Below are positions 1 to 6,436 of a stretch of DNA of 29,439 nt, piece by piece; within the stretch, counting starts at the first letter, position 1, and each line of letters opens with the position of its first letter. This DNA is from a virus (lineage: Duplodnaviria; Caudoviricetes): IMG/VR virus record IMGVR_UViG_3300031861_000011, positions 1 to 29,439 of that record; one strand, given 5' to 3'. The position numbers were made by a program, and so were the translations under genes. The notes beneath the pieces are model-generated. The model was not told the DNA's origin. It did not search any database and saw nothing but the letters and a program-made list of their open reading frames with translations.

Positions 1-214
1 CTGATATGTATTCATTAGTAATATCAGTTGCTGTTACTTGATGTTTTAAATAGATTTTTTCGGCGCCATCGTAATGATAGTCGTTCCAGATTTGTATAGC
101 TTCATCTATGCGATCTTCTAATTGATCGTCATCAACATTGACTTCTATAACTGGATGACCTAAATTTCTAAGGCAGTATTGTTTAAGTTGTTCGCGTGTT
201 TGCGGTATTGCCAT
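1..214 (-). CDS. gp13: T4-like neck protein gp13, 5' part (runs off the window)
   Basis: Not in the ORF track. Manual translation from ATG at 214 gives MAIPQTREQLKQYCLRNLGHPVIEVNVDDDQLEDRIDEAIQIWNDYHYDGAEKIYLKHQVT, matching the gp13 N-terminal signature (YCLRxLGxPVIEVNVxxDQxxDRIDEA...YHxDG). Position after the baseplate/fibre genes fits. Confidence 0.93.
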   Translation of the reverse strand, partial: MAIPQTREQLKQYCLRNLGHPVIEVNVDDDQLEDRIDEAIQIWNDYHYDGAEKIYLKHQVTATDITNEYIS

Positions 215-269
215 TGTTCAGTCCCTACAATATGATTATAAACAGGGTTTGGAACCCTTGCATATATTG

Positions 270-277
270 TATTTATC
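270..277 (-). promoter_or_regulatory. Putative T4-type late promoter (GATAAATA) upstream of gp13
   Basis: NATAAATA match overlapping the stop codon of the upstream oxygenase, about 55 bp before the gp13 ATG. An exact TATAAATA also lies at 389-396 inside the oxygenase gene. Confidence 0.55.
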
Positions 278-869
278 TCCATGGAGGTCCTGAGATCCAC
301 GCAACTAACGAATATCGTATGTTTGAAGTTATGGGAAGGATTCGATGTAATGTAAAACTAGGAAATACTATTATATCGCCCGGTTCGATATTTATATTTC
401 TAGGTTCTTCTTGATAATCTAATTTTAGTTGCAATTCACCACCTTCATATTCACCAGCATTTAAAGGACACATTACACTTAATTTTCTTACATTATTATG
501 TTTTTTATGAGTAAAAATAAATGCATCATCTGTGTGCCATTCATAAAATTCGTCTACTTTATATCTAGTAAACTGAATGTTTATAGAAGAATAATCTAAA
601 TCATAGTGATATCTTTTATTTTCTGTTGTAAATATTTCTTTAATTTTATAAATGACTACTTTTTGAAAATCAGGTAAATCTAATTTCCAAATATCATAAA
701 GAAAAACATCTGATTTTCTTTTATCATTTATATTGCCGCCTATAGTTGTTCCGCGGGTACAACTTTCATCAAATTCATCAATAATTTTTTTACAATTATT
801 TTTAAACCATTTGCTTTGTATTCTTATATAAGGAGCCTTTTTTTCAATTGGTGAATTAGCGTGGGCCAT
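273..869 (-). CDS. 2OG-Fe(II) oxygenase, prolyl-4-hydroxylase/PKHD-like
   Basis: Motifs YEWHTD (HxD), RKLS, YEGGEL, GDIIVFPSFTLHRILPIT (distal His) and RYSLVAW (2OG-binding RxS), ending GPPWR as in typical phage P4H-like enzymes. Confidence 0.9.
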   Translation of the reverse strand: MAHANSPIEKKAPYIRIQSKWFKNNCKKIIDEFDESCTRGTTIGGNINDKRKSDVFLYDIWKLDLPDFQKVVIYKIKEIFTTENKRYHYDLDYSSINIQFTRYKVDEFYEWHTDDAFIFTHKKHNNVRKLSVMCPLNAGEYEGGELQLKLDYQEEPRNINIEPGDIIVFPSFTLHRILPITSNIRYSLVAWISGPPWR

Positions 870-1659
870 ATTTTACACCAGAAGGGCTATTATTAATTTC
901 TTTAATTAATTCCGAATCTAATGAACTATTAATAATATTATCTTTATTAATATCCCACCATTCTGATTTATGATGCATATCTTCTTCACTAATAAAACAA
1001 CCTGGGCTCCAAGGTGTCAAATTAAAATCTTCTTCTAACATTGCATCAGACATTGGATTATTATGAATAACAAAAGCAAGAGTTGCTCTCATACAAGATG
1101 CGCCGGCGCAATGCCATGAATATCCTTCTTTTTCAGATTCACCATGGCTGAACCAGTCAAACGATTTTACATTCCAACCTATATGATCTGGAATATCAAA
1201 GAAGTATCCTTTTGTATAATTTTTATATCTAAAAATACCTTCACCTGTTTTAGACCAAGTGAATATTAAATTTCTACCTGGCACGTCAGCATTAGTATGC
1301 CAACCCAAATATCCTCCTGGTGGATATATAGCACTAAGAGCTTGTTTCCTCCCTGTTATTCGTTTTCCTAAAGTAGTTGCTAACCCAGCAATTTTTTGGT
1401 TTCGATGTCTTGTATTTAAATTTAATAAAAGATCATGAATATTTTGATGCCATGGAGGACCAGGCCTAACAGTTGTTCTAAATTCACTTAAATATTGATC
1501 GCAAATAACATTAAAACATTCTGGTTTATTTTGTCTTGATTTGGGAATTTTAAATTTTTCTGGATCTAAACTATCCAGATAATCTCCAATTTCTTCTAAG
1601 ATATCTAAAACTTCTAAATCATTACAATATTTTGCAAGATGTATTGTATGAGTACTCAT
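856..1659 (-). CDS. Cupin/double-stranded beta-helix oxygenase-like protein (2OG-Fe(II)-like, HxN...H)
   Basis: YPPGGYLGWHTN ... SWHCA ... RATLAF has DSBH dioxygenase spacing. The gene overlaps both neighbours (ATGA overlap at 1656-1659). Confidence 0.65.
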   Translation of the reverse strand: MSTHTIHLAKYCNDLEVLDILEEIGDYLDSLDPEKFKIPKSRQNKPECFNVICDQYLSEFRTTVRPGPPWHQNIHDLLLNLNTRHRNQKIAGLATTLGKRITGRKQALSAIYPPGGYLGWHTNADVPGRNLIFTWSKTGEGIFRYKNYTKGYFFDIPDHIGWNVKSFDWFSHGESEKEGYSWHCAGASCMRATLAFVIHNNPMSDAMLEEDFNLTPWSPGCFISEEDMHHKSEWWDINKDNIINSSLDSELIKEINNSPSGVKYGPR

Positions 1660-2474
1660 ATTCTTCCATTTTGATATTGACTTTTAAATAGTAAACACGA
1701 ATAATCATGAAAAACTATATCTTCTGGTTTTATATTTTCTTTATCATGATGATAGCCAATAATCCAATTCCATCTTGAATCACTTCCATCATTCCAATCA
1801 TCTGTTTCAGGTGTACAGGGTGGATTACCACCATATACCCAATGCCATTTTATATCAGGTCTATACCATGGATCATCCTGTCTAATAACACCCATCATTA
1901 AATGTAAAGGAAACTGGTCCCATCCTCTGGTTTCCCAATAAGGATATTTGCCATTCCATCTCTCGTCCCATTCTGCAATTTGATTCTTTTTCCAACACCA
2001 ATTTTTCCACCATTCATCCATAAAAGAAATCATTTTATCTGATTTTCTATATAAACACATTCCACCATGTGGTACTTTTAATTTAGTTTTATCCCACCAA
2101 ACCATAGCTGCAGCATATGTTCTAATTTTAGTCCAAGCCATATCATATCCATCTTTTAAACCTTTAAAAATTAAAGGTGCATCTGGATGAATACATACCA
2201 TATCAGAGTCTAGATAACAAGTAATATCGAAAGGGGTATCTTTTAAAGCTAATAATTTTGCTCGGTTAGAAGGAGGCATGCCGCCATGGACTTCATCGAA
2301 GATATGATTTCCGGGACAACCTACCCATTTATCTTCTGTAAAAAGTATTACCGGATGTTCAGGAGCAAATTCTTTTAAACTATCTGCTAATTGTTGCGCT
2401 GCAGTATGATACGGTTTATGATTAGTAGCTACTAATAAAAAACCTTCATCAGTCCTCATCCTTAGGGACCTCAT
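1656..2474 (-). CDS. GT-A fold glycosyltransferase (GT8/nucleotide-diphospho-sugar transferase-like)
   Basis: N-terminal GFLLVAT strand, SLK...VILFTE, RAKLLAL..TPFD.TCYLDSD (DxD motif), HGGMCLY and WDQFPL (GT8-like DQ motif). The true start may be the ATG at 2459. Confidence 0.8.
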   Translation of the reverse strand: MRSLRMRTDEGFLLVATNHKPYHTAAQQLADSLKEFAPEHPVILFTEDKWVGCPGNHIFDEVHGGMPPSNRAKLLALKDTPFDITCYLDSDMVCIHPDAPLIFKGLKDGYDMAWTKIRTYAAAMVWWDKTKLKVPHGGMCLYRKSDKMISFMDEWWKNWCWKKNQIAEWDERWNGKYPYWETRGWDQFPLHLMMGVIRQDDPWYRPDIKWHWVYGGNPPCTPETDDWNDGSDSRWNWIIGYHHDKENIKPEDIVFHDYSCLLFKSQYQNGRI

Positions 2475-3024
2475 TAGCTACTTCTTCAATAGTGCCAGAA
2501 ATATCTTTTTCTGGCGTCTCATCTAAAAGATCATCTGCTTTTAAAGTTACCCTAATAATGGATAAAGTCATAAGTGCAGCAATCACAGCAGAAATTTCTG
2601 TTAATGATTTAGATTTTCTAATACGGGATCTTAATTCTCGATTTTCACTATCTCTAACTTCTGGTATTTCAAAAGCTTCTAATTTTGCTCGAAAAAGAGT
2701 TTCCAATTCATCAGCCGCTTTTTTTCTTTCAGCTGCTTGCTTATCTTCTCTTTTACGTATTTCTTGATCTTGATTCGGCCGCGGACCGCGAGCTTCTCTT
2801 TGCACACGATGTGCATCTGTAAAACTATCAATTTGTTCGGACGTGAATTTGTGAAAAAAATCTTTCCATTCTCGGGAATCTTCTAAAGCTTGTCCGGAAT
2901 ATCTAGACTTATCTTCCCGTTCATATAAAATAGAAATTTCCTTCTTTTCGGCAGAGCGCCAAAGACCTTCAATCATTGTATCATGAGTCCACTGCTCTGC
3001 AGCGACTTCTGTTGTATCAACCAT
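2449..3024 (-). CDS. Hypothetical charged helical protein (possible chaperone/accessory factor)
   Basis: 191-aa ORF with GAGG RBS, rich in E/K/R, coiled-coil-like middle and LFRAKLEAFEIPEV...LRSRIRKSK segment. Overlaps the glycosyltransferase start. Confidence 0.75.
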   Translation of the reverse strand: MVDTTEVAAEQWTHDTMIEGLWRSAEKKEISILYEREDKSRYSGQALEDSREWKDFFHKFTSEQIDSFTDAHRVQREARGPRPNQDQEIRKREDKQAAERKKAADELETLFRAKLEAFEIPEVRDSENRELRSRIRKSKSLTEISAVIAALMTLSIIRVTLKADDLLDETPEKDISGTIEEVANEVPKDED

Positions 3025-3053
3025 TTTTCCTCTTCATAATGTGTTATTAACTA

Positions 3054-3060
3054 TATTTAG
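3054..3060 (-). promoter_or_regulatory. Putative late promoter (CTAAATA) ahead of the 191-aa/GT/oxygenase genes
   Basis: TAAATA core overlapping the stop of the 630-aa gene, about 30 bp before the ATG at 3024. Same stop-adjacent placement as the motifs at 270 and 25081. Confidence 0.5.
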
Positions 3061-4949
3061 GCAGTTCTTTTCCAAAGGCTATAATTTTGTTCTTCGGTAG
3101 TTGAAAATACTGTTAGACCAGTATATTGATTAGAATATATTCCTGTATATTGACCAGAATAAATTCCCCCGAATCCACTACTATAAATTCCAGTGAATCC
3201 ACTACTATAAATTCCAGTGAATCCTGATGAATATGTTCCTGAATATGTTCCTGAATAAGTTCCGGAATATGTTGCAGAATAAGTTCCGGAATATGTTGGA
3301 CCTTCAGAGGATACCTGTGGATTTGTTTCACTTTCAGGAGCAACACCTGTATTAGATCCATAAGTTATAACATAAGTACCAGTATAACCACCTGCATAAC
3401 CACCTGCATAAGCACCAGTATAAGCACCAACAAATCCTTGTGAATAAATGCCTTCAAAACCCGATGAATAAATGCCTTCAAAACCCGATGAATAAATGCC
3501 TTCATACATCGCGGAATATATTCCTTCATATCCTTGAGAATATATTACATCGCCAATTGTTGTTACTTTATCATAAACATTACCACAAAATGCCCATGTG
3601 CCAGTTCCAGGAGCTGTATTACCTGATACCAAATCATATTGTCCAATATATGAACTTGATTTGCATAGATGTTCAATCCAATATAAGTGTAAGCCTGCAT
3701 CATCGGCAGTACCTTGTAAGACTGCTGAATGACCAAAAGCATTTATTGCAGATGCTTCTTTAGCTTGGCTATTACTATTATTAAAAACAGGTTTAAATAT
3801 TACCTCATCTGTTGCTGCACCCGGATAATTGCCGACTGCAATATAATCAGCATTAGCGCCACCCCAATGTGTAACAGAATTTGCGGCTCTTGCTTCTGTA
3901 TTAGCATTTGCTAATAATCTTGTACCACTCCAAGCTCTAACGGCACCCGATTCTTTTCTATAAAGATGATATGCAACGTTTGCAGTTCCGGAAGATGCAA
4001 TTATTGTATCTGTATACCATGTTTCATCATGCCAAGAACTAGTATCAGAATCTCCTGCTGAAGTTCCAATATGATAAGAACCAACAGTATTTGCACTTGC
4101 AGAAAAATATGCATTACATCTGGGAATAATTCCATCGACTCTCGACAAACTTTGATGTTGAGTGTTTGCTATTTCAAATAATTTTTCACCATCTGAGGCA
4201 GTTTCATCAATACCCAGAAAAGGCAAAATACTATCAAAATCATCAACATGTCCTGCATTTGATGCACCATTAAAAGGCTTTGTGCCGACACATTGTTCTA
4301 ATGAAAAACTGGTTGTAGCTACAGTATTTGTAACAGGATGATCACCAACAACGCCTGGCGTTCTATATCTCTCTGCAACAGTTCCTAACAAATTATAATC
4401 AGCTGTATTAGATGTACCGGCTAGGGGTTTTATATGCCCTTTCCAATCATCATGTGTGGCAGTTCCTTTTGTATATCTTCCCCAAGCATTCATAATTTCT
4501 GGAACTATAGAATCATCTACTTGATCCTGGGTAAAAGATCTAACACCCCAACCCATTACCTTTTCAAATGTAATTCCAACACTGGTTTGGCCAGTATAAT
4601 TTCCTCCGGAAGAATTTAAATAACTATAAAATTCAGCTGTGTCATCTTCTAATGTTAATTCTGTAGATGCACCAGTGCTTGCAACGGATTCAACTTTAAT
4701 CCATTGTCCAATACCCAACATTCCATATTGTTGATGTCTAATAACAAGATAATCGCCGGCTGCAAATACATCATCATATACTCCAGCTCCAGGTGTAGAT
4801 GTAATAGTTGTAATTTTACCAATATTAGCAGCAGCACCAGAACCGGTTTCAGTTACTGACCCTATATATAATTTTCCACTTTCTGTTGCATTTAATTCTG
4901 TGTTACTGCCCAGTGGATATATTCTTACTAATTTTCCATCAGCTGCCAT
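3057..4949 (-). CDS. Tyr/Gly-repeat putative virion protein, paralog 2 (630 aa)
   Basis: Long ORF coupled to paralog 1 (TAATG overlap at 4949). Shares VGDHP, APGTGTW, VIYSQGYEGIYS, SSEGP, YSNQYTGLTV and WKRxA with the 488-aa protein. Virion role inferred from location. Confidence 0.8.
   Translation of the reverse strand: MAADGKLVRIYPLGSNTELNATESGKLYIGSVTETGSGAAANIGKITTITSTPGAGVYDDVFAAGDYLVIRHQQYGMLGIGQWIKVESVASTGASTELTLEDDTAEFYSYLNSSGGNYTGQTSVGITFEKVMGWGVRSFTQDQVDDSIVPEIMNAWGRYTKGTATHDDWKGHIKPLAGTSNTADYNLLGTVAERYRTPGVVGDHPVTNTVATTSFSLEQCVGTKPFNGASNAGHVDDFDSILPFLGIDETASDGEKLFEIANTQHQSLSRVDGIIPRCNAYFSASANTVGSYHIGTSAGDSDTSSWHDETWYTDTIIASSGTANVAYHLYRKESGAVRAWSGTRLLANANTEARAANSVTHWGGANADYIAVGNYPGAATDEVIFKPVFNNSNSQAKEASAINAFGHSAVLQGTADDAGLHLYWIEHLCKSSSYIGQYDLVSGNTAPGTGTWAFCGNVYDKVTTIGDVIYSQGYEGIYSAMYEGIYSSGFEGIYSSGFEGIYSQGFVGAYTGAYAGGYAGGYTGTYVITYGSNTGVAPESETNPQVSSEGPTYSGTYSATYSGTYSGTYSGTYSSGFTGIYSSGFTGIYSSGFGGIYSGQYTGIYSNQYTGLTVFSTTEEQNYSLWKRTA
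3114..3542 (-). repeat. Coding repeat: 15 [YF]xxx tetrads, 23-aa loop, 15 tetrads
   Basis: Counted directly; 429 bp = 143 aa = 60+23+60. Perfect 24-bp duplications at 3171-3218 and 3441-3488, and 12-bp duplications at 3229-3252 and 3384-3407. Confidence 0.95.
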
Positions 4950-6415
4950 TATGCAATCCTTTTCCAGAATGTATACGCTTGAGAACCTAATGAAGCTAAC
5001 ACTGTTAATCCTGTATATTGATTAGAATAAATCCCGGTGTATTGATTACTATAAATTCCAAGATAAAACATACTATAAAATCCTTCAAATCCTTGTGAAT
5101 AAAATCCTTCAAATCCTTGTGAATATATTCCTTGAAACCCTTGAGAATAGAGTCCTTCGTATTGATTGGAATAAAAACCTGCATATTGATTTGAATATTG
5201 TCCTGAATAAATCCCAGAAAATACACCAGAAAAAATACCGGAAAAAATACCGGAATAAATTCCCGAATATGTACCAGAATATGTGCCGGCGTATCCAGGA
5301 CCTTCAGATGAGCCCCGAGGATTAGGTGATTCACCACCAGACCCATAAGTAAGAATATAGCTTCCTTCATAATCACCGCGATAATCACCCATAAACCCTG
5401 CTAAATAATTACCTACATATGGGCCTTGGTAACCACCTTCATAACCTCCAGAATAACCTTGAGAATAAAACCCTTCAAAACCACGTGAAAATAATCCCGT
5501 AAATTGTCCTGAATATATACCAGTAAATTGTCCTGAATAAATCCCCGCAAATTGTCCTGAATATAATCCTTCATATTGATTAGAATATGTTCCTTCATAT
5601 CCAGTTGAATATATGCCTTCATAACCTTGAGAATATATTACATTTCCTGTATCTGTTAAATAATCTGTATATCCGCCTACTTGAGTCCATGTTCCAGTTC
5701 CAGGTGCAGAGGCACCAGATACTATTTGATAATGACCAATAGATTCAACATTAAATAGATAATTTCTCCATTCCGCGGCTAATGTTTTAATCTCATCATC
5801 AGTCATTTCTTGAACACCATCATCGGTAGGTCTATTAAAAACTGGCCTTGAACCTGAGGTAGCAGTTGGGGCTGTTTTTCTCCATAACTTAAAATCAGTT
5901 GAACTATCGGCTCCAGCTTGTCTATAAGTTTCTGCTAAAACATCACCACAATAAATCCATGTATCTGCATCGGGTGCAGCAGTGCCAAAATAATAACCAC
6001 CAACGGGATAAGTAGTTGTTTTCCAATGATTGGCAACTCTAGCTAAAATAGTAGCTTGTAATTCAGCAGTAGACATTTGCTGTAACTTGCCACCAGATGT
6101 AACCCATTTGGTGGGATAAATTACATTAGATAAACTAGTAGAATTAGATTGTTCTTGCTGAATAGACCATGTTGTTGTAGAAAAATTGACTGCAGAAATT
6201 GGATGATCACCTACATCATCATTACGAAGCCTGTTATCGAAAGTGCCCGCATTACCAGAATTATTTGCATATGCAGTTGCATTCCCACGTGCATTATACG
6301 TCTGATTAGAAGCAAACTCCTGCAGAACAAGAGGTACTATCATACTGTCTATTTCTGCATCGGTCATTTCTTGAAGATCCGATCCAGAATTTATTACCTT
6401 TAACGGTGATGCCAT
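4949..6415 (-). CDS. Tyr/Gly-repeat putative virion protein, paralog 1 (488 aa)
   Basis: Three tandem modules of roughly 85-90 aa (LQEMTDAEI, LQQMSTAEL, VQEMTDDEI) with a 210-aa aromatic-Gly repeat inserted in module 3. Confidence 0.8.
   Translation of the reverse strand: MASPLKVINSGSDLQEMTDAEIDSMIVPLVLQEFASNQTYNARGNATAYANNSGNAGTFDNRLRNDDVGDHPISAVNFSTTTWSIQQEQSNSTSLSNVIYPTKWVTSGGKLQQMSTAELQATILARVANHWKTTTYPVGGYYFGTAAPDADTWIYCGDVLAETYRQAGADSSTDFKLWRKTAPTATSGSRPVFNRPTDDGVQEMTDDEIKTLAAEWRNYLFNVESIGHYQIVSGASAPGTGTWTQVGGYTDYLTDTGNVIYSQGYEGIYSTGYEGTYSNQYEGLYSGQFAGIYSGQFTGIYSGQFTGLFSRGFEGFYSQGYSGGYEGGYQGPYVGNYLAGFMGDYRGDYEGSYILTYGSGGESPNPRGSSEGPGYAGTYSGTYSGIYSGIFSGIFSGVFSGIYSGQYSNQYAGFYSNQYEGLYSQGFQGIYSQGFEGFYSQGFEGFYSMFYLGIYSNQYTGIYSNQYTGLTVLASLGSQAYTFWKRIA
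5006..5635 (-). repeat. Coding repeat: 24 [YF]xxx tetrads, 18-aa loop, 24 tetrads
   Basis: Counted directly; 630 bp = 210 aa = 96+18+96. Perfect 24-bp duplication at 5075-5122, 12-bp duplication at 5229-5252, near-perfect 24-mers around 5499-5563. Confidence 0.95.
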
Positions 6416-6436
6416 TTGTTTTCATCGTCTTTATAA

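Noticed and set aside
244-258. Inverted repeat AGGGTT-TGG-AACCCT upstream of gp13 as a terminator
   Set aside because: Only a 6-bp stem with a 3-nt loop and a weak U tail, and it lies downstream of the putative late promoter. It may be a leader hairpin but is not supportable as a terminator.
3171-5563. 24-bp direct repeats as a possible CRISPR array
   Set aside because: The repeats are contiguous, in frame and have no unique spacers; no cas genes are present.
3113-5622. Alternative-frame and antisense ORFs over the repeats (3113-3361, 3440-3763, 5005-5388, 5095-5325, 5413-5622)
   Set aside because: They are by-products of 12/24-bp periodic sequence lacking stops in other frames and lie wholly inside well-supported genes.
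3057-6415. Similar 3' ends of the two paralogs as a diversity-generating retroelement template/variable pair
   Set aside because: Both copies are coding, differences are not confined to adenines, and no reverse transcriptase is in the window.
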